Made by a program: the position numbers and the translations under genes
The notes under the pieces: model-generated
What the model saw: the letters and a program-made list of their open reading frames with translations, nothing else
Database searches by the model: none
Told to the model about the DNA's origin: nothing
Assembly: GCF_000143415.4 (NCBI RefSeq)
Contig: NW_003314316.1
Location: forward strand, 260,120 to 324,119
Reading direction: 5' to 3'
From: Selaginella moellendorffii
Taxonomy: Eukaryota > Plantae > Lycopodiophyta
Length of the DNA: 64,000 nt
Shown here: piece after piece, positions 29,965 through 42,865 of the stretch
Layout: every line of letters begins with the position of its first letter
Numbering within the stretch: the stretch's first letter is position 1

Positions 29965-31255
29965 ATGGCGGCACAGCTCTCTTGCATCGCCTACATTGCG
30001 CGTCCCAGGATCTTGGCAACAGGAGGCGATGCGTGGCGTCTACAATCCGTCGCAGCTTGTCCGAGCATTCCCGGAGTTTCACTCTTGGACGCCGGCGATG
30101 GCTCCTCCTTTCTCGTCACTCGCGCTGTCGGCACCACCTCCAAGCTCCTCGTCGCGCGGGAGATGAGAAACTTGGAGGTCATTGGCTACGATCTTGTAAG
30201 TTTCTTTCTTTCGCGCTTTCTTTAGATCCCTCCGGATCGAGGCGATCAAGATCTTTTCTCTCATCTTCCAAACGATTCTTGGATCCAGGTTGCGAGCGCT
30301 CTCAACGGTCTCGTCGCGAGTGGAGCAAAGCCGAGCTTCTTTTCCCACACCGATGCTTTGGGCGACAACGAACGCGAGATGGATGAGCTTCTCTCCGGGG
30401 TCACAAGCGCATGCATCGCCGGGAATTGCCCCATCAACCGCGGAAGTGGAGTAATCTTCAAGAACTTCGCTGCTCTAGAATGATCATCTCTAACACGACT
30501 AAATGTTTCACAGAAGAAAACTCCGCGCGGAGTTCTTGCCGGCATGGCCTTGGGCGAAGTTCGCAAGGAGCTCTTGCTGGATGGACGTGGGATCCAAGAC
30601 GGGGACTGGCTCATCGGCCTCGAGACCCAAGCGCTCCACTCCCAGAAGTTTGGAAGCGTCCTCAGGTGATAAAACTCTCGCTCGATCAATGGACTTTTGT
30701 TCTTGACACTGAGAATCTCCTGCATCGATCGATCAGCCTCGCAAAGGAGCATGGACGACTCAAGAGCGTCGGCAAGGCCATCCTCACTCTACCTCGCATT
30801 TACGTATCCACTGTAAGTTAGAACACTCTAAGAAACGTTAAAAGATCTTACTTGGATCATCTATCTAGGTGCTTGATCTGATCGCCAAGAAGAAAATCAA
30901 GGCTGCCGCTCACTTCTCCTCCGCGGGGATCACGGATGCCATCGCCAAACTTCTGGGACCTCGCGAGTTTGGCGCGAGCATACGAAGGCTCGGCTCCTGG
31001 CCACTCCCGCCAGTGCTCGTGTGGATCAAAGAGGTAGAGTTTCTCGAGTCATAGTTTGATCTGATCGTTTGCTCCAAGCAGGCCGGGGATTTGAGCGACG
31101 AAGAAATGCTGGCAGCCTTCAACGTGGGACTGGAAATGGTGCTCGTTTGCGACAGTGCTCGCGGCTATGAAGTCCTGGATCTCGTTCGCGGCGCTCATCA
31201 CATTGGCAGTGTGATCGCTGGCAGTGGAATCATCATAGACAAGCTGCTCAACTAG
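29965..31255 (+). CDS. Highly divergent stand-alone PurM/AIR-synthetase-like protein (probable pseudoenzyme)
   Basis: Spliced frame is open and aligns to the PurM fold (IGYDL|VASALNGLVASGAKP, DGDWLIGL..ALHS, PRIYV, W.LPPV..WIKE|AG, AFNVGLEMVLV); catalytic motifs replaced. Confidence 0.75.
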
Positions 31256-31341
31256 AGCTCTCTTCCGATATCGATTCCACACTCGATATAAAGAAGTTTT
31301 TTGAAGAAGTTTTTGGGGTTTTAGCACACTAGCTAGGGTTT

Positions 31342-34200
31342 ATGCGAAGCATGGAGAGCTTCCAGTCGATCGCGTCGCTCCCGCCGCTTGCCCGCGTTGA
31401 TCCTTCCGCTGGATTCAGCCGCCGCAAGGAATGGCGCCTCCCAGCGCTCACGTACAAAGACGCCGGGGTCGACATTGACGCTGGATCGGAGCTCGTCCGG
31501 AGGATCGCGGCCAAGGCGCCGGGGATTGGAGGATTTGGGGGATTATACTCTGTTGGTATGTTCTTTGTGGCATTTCCTTGTGATGGAATGATTTTCTTGG
31601 GACAATCTAGGTGAGGATTCTTATGAGGTTGTCGGGACGGATGGAGTTGGGACAAAGCTCAAGCTTGCGTTTGAGATGAATGCTCACGACACGATTGGCA
31701 TCGACTTGGTACGTAGATTTCTTTAGAGTTTTTGGGAGCTTTGAACAGCTTTCGTTTCCAGGTTGCCATGAATGTGAACGATATTGTCACCACTGGAGCA
31801 AGGCCGATGTATTTCCTGGACCAGTTCTCCACTGGTCATTTAGACACGGAGATCGCAGAAAAGGTACGAGTGATCGATGTCATTCATTGATTTATTTTTG
31901 CGTAGGCGATCAGAGGTATTCTCGAAGGCTGCAATCAAGGTGGCTGCAAGCTTTCTGGAGGAAAGGTACGAAGATAGTTACTGATCACCGATTCTTTTCT
32001 CTTTCCTTGTTTCTAAAAGGTAAATTGAAGGTGGTGGAAAATGCGGGCTTGTATCCAGATGGAGTGCTGTACGAGATGAGTGGCTGTGCCGTCGGCAGCT
32101 TGAACAAGAACGCATTGATCGACGGCAGTAAAATTGTGTCAGGAGATGTTCTCGTCGGTTTGCCGTCGACGGGGCTTCACTCCAATGGCTACTCTCTGGC
32201 TCGCAGGTTTGCACTCGATTTTCCGCTCACCAATAAGACTGTCAAATTTTTTCTCTTTTGGTTTTCCGTTTAGAATACTAAGCATGTCAAATTTGTCTCT
32301 GAAAGACCAGCTTCCGGGAGCAGATGTAACCATTGGAGAGGCTTTGATTGTTCCAACAAAAATTTATGTCAAGCAGGTACGAGAAGAATGTGGTAATGCT
32401 CGTTTTTAATCTTTTGTTTTCTTCTTTTGCCACTGTGTAGGTTCTGGACATAATTTCTAAAGTTGAAGTGAAGGGCATGGCTCATATTACCGGAGGGGGA
32501 CTGACTGACAACTTACCAAGGATTTTTCCTGCTGGTCTTGGCGCAAAGATCAGAATGGGTTCCTGGCATGTTCCCCAAATATTTAACTGGCTCAAGGACG
32601 TAAGCGATGAGTTTATAAAGCTAATCTCTGCAGCATGACGTTTTGTTTTTAAAGGCTGGCAATGTGGAAGAAGAAGAAATGCTTCGCACGTTCAACATGG
32701 GAATAGGAATGGTTCTCGTGGTGGAGCCTCGTGTTGCGGATAAAATTCTTGAAGAATACGCACCGTCTTATCTTATTGGAACGGTTATCCAAGGAAAAGG
32801 CGTGGTGTATGACCGTTTGAGCACTGCCTCGTCTGATCCATGCAAAGGCCCTGGAGTCACTAATGAGGGTGTCGCAACTCTCGACGCTGATTCGCAACAG
32901 GAGCTTCTGCAAAGACTTGCAGGACAGCCTCCGCGTCTCTTCCCGATTGGTAAATAATCTTCTGTTATTTACACTGACCTCTAGTTTTCATCTGGTAGGC
33001 GATGAATTCTCAGTTAGCAGAGCCGAACGAGTCGATGAGAAATTGCAGTTGGCTCTCGAGATGCAAGTTCACAACACTATTGGCATCGATCTGGTAGTGT
33101 TTGTTCTGGATTCCGCGTTTACACGATTAATTCAAGTTTCTTGGCAGGTTGCGGTAAACGTTAATAGTATTGTGACTACTGGGGCAACTCCCTTGAGTTT
33201 TGTGGACTATTTCTCCACCAGCCATTTAGACGTGGACGTAGCAGAACAGGTTGAACAAGTTTTGCTTGTTAAAACTACTGGAAAATCGAATGCTTTGCTG
33301 ACTGTTCAGGTTATCGAGGGAGTTGTTCAAGGCTGTATTCAGGCGGAGTGCGGCTTGCGAGGAGGGGAAGTACGTCAGCTGTTTCTGACTTGCGAATGGC
33401 GAGCTAAATCTCTTTTACAGACGGCAGAAATGCAAGGCTTTCACGCCGAGGGAGAGTACATGCTCAATGCCTACGCATCCGGTAGAGTAAAGCAGAGTGC
33501 TCTAATCGACGGCAGCACCATCGCAGCCGGAGATATCCTGCTCGGGCTGCTCTCCAGTGGCATTCACTCGCATGGATTTTCTATGGTTGACAGGTAAGGA
33601 CAAGCTCTCATATCTTTATAAGCTCTAATTCTCTTTTGTTGGTTAGCATCTTGAAGAATGCGAATGCATCTTTGAAGGGCAAGCTCCCGGGCTCTGAAGT
33701 CACGATCGGAGAAAGCTTGCTCATGCCAACCAAGATTTATGTGAAGCAGGTTCAGAGAAAGCCTCTGGCTCTTCTTCAGTTCTCATTAGGAAAGAATAAC
33801 TAACGTTTTTCTCATTTTGCAGGTGCTGGAAATGATCTCTTGCAGCGGAGTGAAGGGAATTTCCGACGTTACGGAAGGCGGACTCACTGGCAGCATACAA
33901 AAAATTCTACCATCGGGATTGGGGGCGACTGTCAGAACGAGTTCATGGGAAGTTCCTCGCATATTCAAGTGGCTGCAAGAGGTACACTCCAATGGGTTTT
34001 GCTTTGCTTTCCCTTGATGCTTGCCGCCTCTGGAGCAGGCGGGAAGCATGGAACCGGAGAAAGCTTTCGGAACCTTTAACATGGGAGTAGGCATGGTTTT
34101 GGTGCTGGATCCCTGCGCCGTAAAGAAAATCCTTTCCACAAACAAGGAGTGCGTTGTCATGGGCGAAATCGTGCAGGGCGCCCGAGTGGTGTACGAATAA
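31342..34200 (+). CDS. PUR5: Phosphoribosylformylglycinamidine cyclo-ligase (AIR synthetase) with two tandem PurM domains in one chain
   Basis: Transit-like N-terminus; domain A has [41 protein letters not shown]; no stop after GKGVVYD; linker leads into domain B (IGIDL|VAVNVNS, GGE|TAEM, HSHG, TFNMG); stop at 34198-34200. Confidence 0.88.
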
Positions 34201-34847
34201 TAATAGGTAAGCTTGATACATTTCACTCCGGAGCTGACAAAGTTTCACCTCTCACATCCGCCAGGGACCTGTGCTGTGATCTTGTCTCTCACCTCTGCAT
34301 AGATCTCTCCGCAATCCAACTCGTTAAACCAGAGGCAAGGAAAGAGATTCGTGATCGGCGTGTGCTTCCTGATGATCACAGAGTTTTCAGGAACGTCACT
34401 CACCAGGAGGAGCGGTTGTACGGGACGCGACTATTGCGGTGGCTCTCCTCTAATGATCGCGTCAAGTTCATGGCCATCTTGTCAATTTCTTCAAAATCTG
34501 GATGAGATCAACCATTAGTTGCACCTTCCCGTCGATCCAGATCGAGAACTTTGGAACGAGCCTGTCACGATTGTCCTGGAGCATACATGGAGATCCTCCA
34601 CACTCCCATGTCCCCGTCTTCCTCCATGTATCGCTTTCAAGGTTGGCTTATTGCGAAGCAAACGATCTTGTCGTACAATGATTCCTTTGAGATTCCGTGT
34701 GCACGCAAGAAATAAAAACTGGTCTCTACCTAAAATCTAGCGGTAAACAGGAAAGATTATGGTAGAGTTAGGTAAACACAATAGGTGTTGGTCACTCATG
34801 AATGATTATCCAGTCATTTAATCAAAATTGATTGTTTGAACAGATAT

Positions 34848-37240
34848 TCATAGTGTTGAGTGTGGAGAATCTGGAGGCTTGGACGAGCCTTCTTCTTTTG
34901 ATTTCACTGGAGAAGCAGCTATTCCTCTTTCATTCAGCAGGCTTCTGAAAAATTCAAGCCTAGGAGCAGCATTTTTGGGACCCAGACCTGTGACATTAGA
35001 TGGGCTCCAAAGCCTCTCTGACCAAAATAAAAATTGTTAGCCAAGAAAAATATATCAAGCAAATAGAGTGAAGCTAGCTTGCCTGCCGCCGCTGCTGCCC
35101 TTGGCCATATTCTTTGTTGGATATTGGCTGCATCAACTTTCTCACCCCACATACAAACCTCACCTCCAATAATCAACTGCTGTTCTTTGTGGCTGGCAAT
35201 GTTATCATATGGTTCCTTTGAATAAAACTCCTCCCATGGTATATCAATGTGATCCAGGTACCATGAAAATTGCTCGCTAACTATACTCTTGAGGCCCGAG
35301 CTGACAGTGTTGGGAGGAATTTGAGTGCCCCACCTGAATAGCCATTTGAACAATCTGAGTTAGAGAGACAACCCCTTTTGATAAGTTACCAGTTGTGAAC
35401 AATTGTTTTCCTTGACAAACTTGGTCCAAATTTTTCAAATGGTTCTTGCCTAGAGAGAGCAAAAATTAATGGAATCCGACATGGCTAATCTCCTTACCAG
35501 TTGACAGGAAGGTACCCATGCTTCAAGGCCAGTTTTTGCACTTGAAGCACAAAAAACTCGTAGCCCTGTGAAGGTGTTAAATTGTGCTTTCTCAGCCTGC
35601 TTCAGACAGTTGGATGTTTAGTAAAACCGAATCTAACGTACCAGTCATTTACAGGTTCTGTGATTTCCCAGCATCCTGTTAGCAGAAAATAAGCTGACAA
35701 TCACCAAGAAAATTTGCTGCTTACTAGTGTTAACTTCGTCTCCTCCTATATGAAGCAGCTCAAATGGAAACACCTTTGAGAGATCTAGGCAGCATAGAGT
35801 TGACACAAGGATTTTGATTCAATATAAAACATGCTCATACCGGAAAAAATGCCATCTATCACCTCAAAAGTGAAATTCTTACTGATGTCCAGAGGTGTTT
35901 TGCAGTTTTGAGAGGGCCATAGCGCAGGATATCCAACTCCCCTAAACGCAAGTAAATCTATTAATTTACAATGAAGGCAGAAGAAGTTTACCATGAGCGA
36001 GCGTGGCCTGGGACATCAATCTCTGGCATGACATGTATACCTCGCAATCGAGCATACCTGTATAAGAATAAAAGCATAGGATATTTGTGCTCTCTTTGAA
36101 AGTATAGCTATAGCTTACTTGACTATAGCTTTTGCATCATCGAGGTTGTAGCGCTGAGAGATAGAGTAGGAGCCTTTCCAAAGCTCTGGAAACGATGGAA
36201 TCTCCAAAGGGAAGGACTCCTCGTCCACAACATGCCAGTGCAAGACATTCTGGAGGCAAAGAAGTTAGAAAGGGGCTCGGCTCATATATAAGGGATAGAG
36301 AAATTGGAACTCACAAGCTTCGCGTAGGCCATGGAGTCGATCACATTCTCTATCGTCTTTAATGGCAAGTAGTGTCGAGCAGTATCTGGTAAGCGAGTGA
36401 AAAATAATTAGAAGCCGTTGCCTGTTCTAAAGAAAAAAAGTTCTCACCAATCAAAAGGCCTCGATATGAAAATCTAGGCTCGTCAAAAATGTTCCATGGG
36501 CAGCCTTGCAAAAGCACAGCTCTTTCGACAGCATCATAAGTGCAAATCTGGCTAAAAGTCTATAAAAAATGCAAATAGTTTAGCAAATCCAAAACTTTTG
36601 TTTCAAGCCTACCTCGAGTCCTCGTAGGGCCCCATAGACAGTTCTTGCCTTGGATGAGCATAGAAAGGAGGTGAATCAGCGCTCAACTTCAAAGATTTTG
36701 CTTACCTGGAGCAATACTACCCTTGAATTTGAAGGGTCGGGGACTTGGAGGCGGTACGATTCATCTACACCAAGATAGAGCTGCCAAAATACAGAAAGAG
36801 AACCTAGAAAAATAAGTTATAATTTTTGTCTCTCTCACGCTTTGGTTGAATGACTTGAGCTCGATACGAAGTTCGTCCAAAACAAAATCTGGTGGATTCT
36901 TTTTCGCTGGAATCCTTAGCTTTCTCTGCTTGAGAATCAATACCGTGTAGCGATCAATCCCTGCTTGCAAGACTTTTAAAGTTCTGGGAGGAGTTATGGC
37001 AAACTTTGTGGACAGTCTCATGGAAATCGATCCCTTGGAGACGTTTTTGGGGGCTGGCCATATGAAAACTCCTGTGCTGTTGTGATCATCCCAGTTCACC
37101 AAAGACCTTGAAGGGCCAACATGCCAGAAAGAATCACCACTACTCTTACTCCACAAAATGTTAGTGATTATTATGAATAAAAGCACAAGAGCTATAACCC
37201 CAAGCACAAAAATCTTCCTCAGTCCGTTGCTCCCAAACAT
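34848..37240 (-). CDS. Beta-N-acetylhexosaminidase (GH20), copy 2
   Basis: Paralog of 26928-29383 with the same exon structure; LHIGGDEV; GGEVCMWGE; ERLWS. Confidence 0.93.
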
Positions 37241-37593
37241 AGTTTCGGAGTAAGGTAAGCTTGACTGACATTCAAACTCATCTTAAGCTTTCTAGTCTGT
37301 GCCCTTGGATGGAGGAGATCGGACGGCCCTAGATTTACAAGAAAGCGATTTTGGAGTTTTCACTTGTACAGACTGTAAAAATGAGTATTTTACGTTACAT
37401 GTGGCGCACGCACTTGGTATAATCAGACAGCTATTCTTCTTTACTGTTGTTTTGTTGCTAGAAGAACGAGAAATCTAGTGTTCAGCACGTTCGTGAATTT
37501 ACTTCCACAAAAAAATCTCCATCATGGTCGCATTAGTCAACTGTACTATAGGATCATGATCTCTGTTAGGTGCTCGTCTAATTTCTCAAAAGG

Positions 37594-39466
37594 ATGAAAA
37601 GAAATCTCCAGTGTCCGAAGGATTCCCTGAAATGGCTCCTGTTTTGGATCTTGTCCTTGAACTTGGTTGTTTTGATTAGTTTCAGAATGAACTGGATGAA
37701 ACAGGATCGCCAAGAGGCTAGTGTAACACCAACACCCGCACCAAGATCAATTAATTCCTCGACCTCGGCTGCGTCGAGCAGAGTAAAACTCCTGGTCGAT
37801 CTGTGGAGCAGAGATCTGCAGTCGAGAGTGAGCGGTGCAACTCCTCCCGAGGTGACGATCAATGCACCGCACATCCAGGATTGCAAGCGATGCAGCGAGG
37901 AGACTGCAGCGTTTGATCGCAGGAAGGATCCATCCTGGAAGGGATTTTACCAGCAAAAAGAGGAGCTTGACAGGAATCCAGAGACAAGCATCAGCACCGT
38001 TCCATGGGTAAGTTCTCTTGTAAGGTTCTTCTCAGATCGGGTAGTCTTTCTCGTTTTCTTGGTTTTCTCAGTAGCCTTTTGCTGCTCTTGGACAGGTCAT
38101 TAGCGGTGATGACGATAATCTCCCGTTAACGCGACGCGTCCAGCGTGATATTTGGTTGCACCAACACCCGAAAAACTGTACCGATGCGAGATTTCTTCTC
38201 GCACTTTGGCACCACGACGAGACGCGCGACTCGGTAGGAGCTGGATCCGACATGGTGTCAATGGCCGGAATGCTTGGAGCTGCGCTAATACAAGGCCGGG
38301 TTTTCATTACCAAGGATTACCACGGTGCCAGGCACAAAGGATGCACAGGTTTCAAAACTCTTTTATATCTCGGGCTGATGTTTTCAAAGTGTTAAAATAA
38401 TGCCAGGATCCAATCACGCTCGCTGGTCGTGCTATTTTGTTCCCGAGGCTTCTGAGGAGTGCATGGAAAGGGCATTGCGGCTTATTGACCAAAAACAGGC
38501 CTGGGACGAGGGAATTATCAAAGAGTTTAGTGGCGATCAATGGAATGGTGATATTCCAAGGTGAGAAAAAAGAGTTTTTTTCATACAGTAACTTAGTATT
38601 ATCTGGTTTTTAGTTTTTGGGGAGAGCCTTGGAAAGCAATGCGACCAACTGTGGGCGTAAAAGACAAGCTCATGACAAATTACCACGCAAATCATCGAAG
38701 GTGGTGGAGAGCTCAGGCAAGTTTCTTATTCATCAAATGGTAAGCTAATGATCTAGAATTAACGTATACAGGCACTTCGCTATCTCACACGATTTCCAAG
38801 TGAGTATCTGTGCAATCTTTTAAACAATGAACGACATAGGGCCTTTGGGGAAGAAGTTGCAAAACTGGTGCTTAAAACCCTTGGCACTGAATGGCCGCAT
38901 GCAAGAAATGAGAGTAAGCGTAATCCCAGTAATCCCATGGAAGAACATGTGTGGAGTGACTATGGACCTTGGATGCCGCGGCCTCTGTTAAGCATTCATG
39001 TAAGACAGGGTGACAAAGCCAGCGAGATGAGAGTAGTCTCTTTTGACGAATACATGAATCTCGCCAATGTCCTCCGGAAGAGATTCCCACACGTAAGAAA
39101 TGTGTGGCTTTCCACGGAAATGCAGGTAAGAAAGCCATTGACGAAGATTTGAAATCACAAAGCTTTTGCATGGTTTAGAACGTCGTGGATGAATCCAAGG
39201 AGTACAAAGGCTGGAAGTTTTATTACAGTGATGTTCCAAGGCAAGTTGGAACGATCAGGATGGCGGAGTATATGGCGTTGCTTGGAGACAAGCAAGCGTT
39301 CGACACGGCCTTTATAAACTTGGTCATGGCGGCCGAGTGTGATTTCTTTGTGGGAGTGTTGGGCTCGACTTGGAGCTATATAATTGACGACTTGAGGATG
39401 ACCAGCGGCAAACTTAAGGCTGGCTTCCTCAGTGTTAACTCTATCAATGGCCTACTTCGAAAATAA
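37594..39466 (+). CDS. Alpha-1,6-fucosyltransferase-like glycosyltransferase, copy 3 (more diverged)
   Basis: TM anchor; PLTRRVQRDIWLHQHP; RPLLSIHVRQGDK; WLSTEMQ; ECDFFVGVLGSTW; GC-AG intron near 38717. Confidence 0.8.
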
Positions 39467-39529
39467 AACTTTTTCTTTAACATACAATAGTTCCAAGTGA
39501 AAGATATCTTGAAACATTTTAGGTTGGGC

Positions 39530-41153
39530 ATGTCGAGTGAGTGGGGCATGGTTTCTTGCGCGTCCCGAGTCCTCGCAGGATCGAGTTTACGTTCTTGTCA
39601 CAAGGCCGCGGCGTTTGCAGCAACTGTGAGTGAAGATTCACGTATCTTGTACTGCTCAGCTCCTGCTCGTGGCCACAATCAAGTGAGTAATAAGTTCTAG
39701 TTCGACGGATTTCCTGTTTTCACGAATATGGATCTGATTTCCAGGATGGTCATCCGGAGAGCAATGCCAGAGTTCCTGCGATCCTACGCGAGTTGGATCG
39801 AGCTCAGCTTACTCCTGAGGTAAGAAAACATAGTAGATATACTTGTACAACATTTTTCACTCTTTGGCTTGAAATATTTTTTCCCTATAGAAGCGTGGAA
39901 AGGAGATTTCTCGGCTGACAAACTTTATGCCTGCCTCCAAGCAAGATGTTGCCGCAGTGCACTCCATTTCCTATGTCCATGGCCTGGAAAAGATAAGCTT
40001 CTTATACTTCTAGTCTGGGGCGATGAAAAAAATGTTGATATGGTGTTGTGTGCATACAGGCAATGGGGAAAGCCGCTGCGGATGGTCTCATCTTCATTGA
40101 AGGAAGTGGTCCAACTTACGCTACTTCCACGGTATGCTTCAATCCTTGAAAAGGAGTTCTACAAGCTTTTAACAATGCCTGAAAGACGTACGAAGAATCC
40201 ATGCTCGCAGCGGGTGGAAGCTTAGCTCTGGTCGACTCCCTGGTAATCCAAAGGCTCTTATAGAGCTTCGGATGCTTTTTCTCTTCGTTGTTTTGTGTTT
40301 GTAATTCTTTACTTTTTCCAGATGAGTGTGGCTGGTCCAAGGCCCCCAATTGGATTTGCTTTGATCCGACCTCCAGGCCACCACGCAGTCCCGGCAGGCC
40401 CCATGGGATTCTGCGTTTTCGGCAATGTGGCCATCGCAGCTAGGCACGCACAGCGCGCTCACGGCCTCAAGAGAGTTTTTATCATCGACTTTGATGTCCA
40501 CCATGGCAATGGCACCCAGGACGCTTTCTACGACGACCCGGACGTCTTCTTCTGCTCTACACACCAGGCAAGTTGAATCACAAATCAGTAAGAATGCTGA
40601 CAGAGTTCACAGGATGGAAGCTATCCAGGAACAGGGAAAATGCGTCAGGTTGGCACAAGGGATGGCGAAGGAACCACGTTAAATCTGCCATTACCAGGTG
40701 GTTCTGGGCATGCAGCCATGCTTACTGCTCTCGAAGAAGTCATCGTTCCAAGCTGCCTCAAGTTTAAGCCCGATATTCTACTCGTTTCTGCCGGGTAAAA
40801 AACCTCTTGCTGTGACTTTTTCTCATTTGCAAATGTGTGTTTCATGTAGATATGACGCTCATGTTTTGGACCCTTTGGCCAGCCTTCAGTTCACCACTGC
40901 AACTTACTACCATTTGGCATCGACGATCAAGCAGCTTGCACGGGAGGTTTGCAACGGGAGGTGCGTTTTCTTTCTGGAAGGTGGCTACAACCTGGACGCT
41001 CTGTCGCTCAGTGTTGCTGACACATTTCGTGGCTTGCTGGATGACGAGGAGAGTCGCGCAAAACTGACGGATGATCCGGCTGTTTTGTATGAGGAGCCTC
41101 TTGTGCGAGTGAGGCGGGCAATTACCGAGATTAAGGCCATACATTCTCTATAA
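39530..41153 (+). CDS. HDA14: RPD3/HDA1-family class II deacetylase, HDA14-like
   Basis: [52 protein letters not shown]; short transit-like N-terminus; one non-canonical donor at 39993. Confidence 0.85.
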
Positions 41154-41276
41154 TAAATTTTTGATACACCTAAAACCCACCTAAAAATGATACACCCACA
41201 CAGAATCTTGGAAAAAAGAGGTTCGCCATTTATTTTTATATAGTGGTTAAGTAGCTATGGATGCCTACAGTTTGTA

Positions 41277-42865
41277 ATGTCTGTTAAAGGAATTCTCTTT
41301 GTAGCTGCCTTGACAAGTCTTTTGCTCCCTTTGATGCTTACTCGTGATCTAATTTTTCCATCCCAGCTTAAAGGTCTTCCAACAAGCTCATCGGTCCTGT
41401 ATTCATCCTCAGAAGTGATACTCCAGCGTGTATCCGAAAATGGAACGAAAGAATGCCACAACATTACCACAAGAGCTGCTTACTTCTTTGGGCTTCCTAT
41501 GCCGGGAAATGAAGGACCAATTACCATGTCCACTGGAGTCGTCCACAAGTTTTGGATTGTTTCATATGCAGCAGATGGAAGGAGGAGGTGCAGAGGAGGA
41601 GACTTCTATGAGACTGATCTCTCAGGTAAGTTCCATCTATTCTCAAAACATTATTTGATTCTTCATACTACATAGGCCACAAATGGAAGTCACGACCACC
41701 TATAACAGATTATGGGAATGGCTCTTACCTTGTGGAACTCAAAGTGGATAAAGGATTTGAAGGAAACTACACGCTCAAGGCCATTCTCTTGTATTCCAAT
41801 TTTCATGGAATGGATAAGAATCCAGAACCATGGGCTCTGGAAACACAGGTGTTCCAACTGCAGATCCACTTCGTGAACAACAAAATTCAAAGGCCTTCGC
41901 CTCTTCCTCTTTGTACCAGCAAAAGCCTAAAGTCGGCAAAGACATGGCTAGGCAAATGGACAAGAATGAAGTTCGACGAGTCTTGCAAGCTCGATGAAGA
42001 AGGGCGCTACCGATGCCTGCCAGACGACGAGCAGTGTGATGACAGCCAGTGTAGTGGAGCACTAGAGAGATTGGAAAGCAACGGATGGGTCTACTCAGCA
42101 CATTGTAAGTTTCGGATATGGAGCTTCAGCGATGCATGGAAGTGCCTGGACGGGAAGAAGCTGTTCTTCTGGGGTGACTCCAACCACAGGGACACAGTTC
42201 GAAACCTTGTCAACTTTGTCCTCGGCCATAACATTGAAATCCCGCTCATGACGCGCACATTTACACTCAACGTCACCAATCCCTCCAATCCTAAGCAGCA
42301 AGTGCGACTGTTTCAGGTGTTCAATGGGCATTCTGACTCACAGAAAAACTATATGGGCCTTAAATCACTTTCCGTAAAAGAGTACCGTGAGCTTGTCAAG
42401 GAGGAATTCTTTCGTGGAGGTCAACCAGATGCGGTGATACTAAACTCAGGCCTTCACGATGGACACGCCTGGAAACGCACTCAGGACTTTGCCATAGCTG
42501 CGGAGATTGCTTCATACTTCTGGTGGTCGCTCCTGGGAGGTGATGGGTGCAAAGCACGCATTGTCATTCGTAACACAATTGCCACGGCTGGTCATGCGAG
42601 GGCCAGTCCCTCAAATCCCCAAAAGATGGCAGCTTTCAACTCCATCTTAAGTGACGAGTTTGGGAGACGGCTAAAATCTCTGGAGAATCTCATGTTTGTG
42701 GATAACTTTGATATGACGTTTCCCTGGCATTACAACCATGACTGCAGTGACGGCACTCATTATGGGGTTGAGCCTTCTTTGTCACCATGGATGGATCGTG
42801 TTGGGCACTTCAACTTTGTGGACTTGATGCTTGTGCATGTTCTGCTGACTGGAATTTGCTTGTAA
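41277..42865 (+). CDS. Secreted/Golgi SGNH PC-esterase/NXPE-like protein (putative O-acyltransferase or esterase) with Ig/filamin-like N-domain
   Basis: Signal anchor; RRCRGGDFYE; DYGNGSYLV; FWGDSNHRD (GDS); NSGLHD; DGTHY (DxxH); one intron ~41626-41675. Confidence 0.78.

Noticed and set aside
29965-34200. PurM units as a bacterial HGT or a PurL gene
   Set aside because: The units share spliceosomal intron positions and a plant PUR5-like sequence, and there is no glutaminase domain or PurL-specific motif
34250-34720. Coding-like sequence between PurM and HEX2, possibly an F-box/kelch remnant on the minus strand
   Set aside because: Stops in all frames and similarity too weak to support a call
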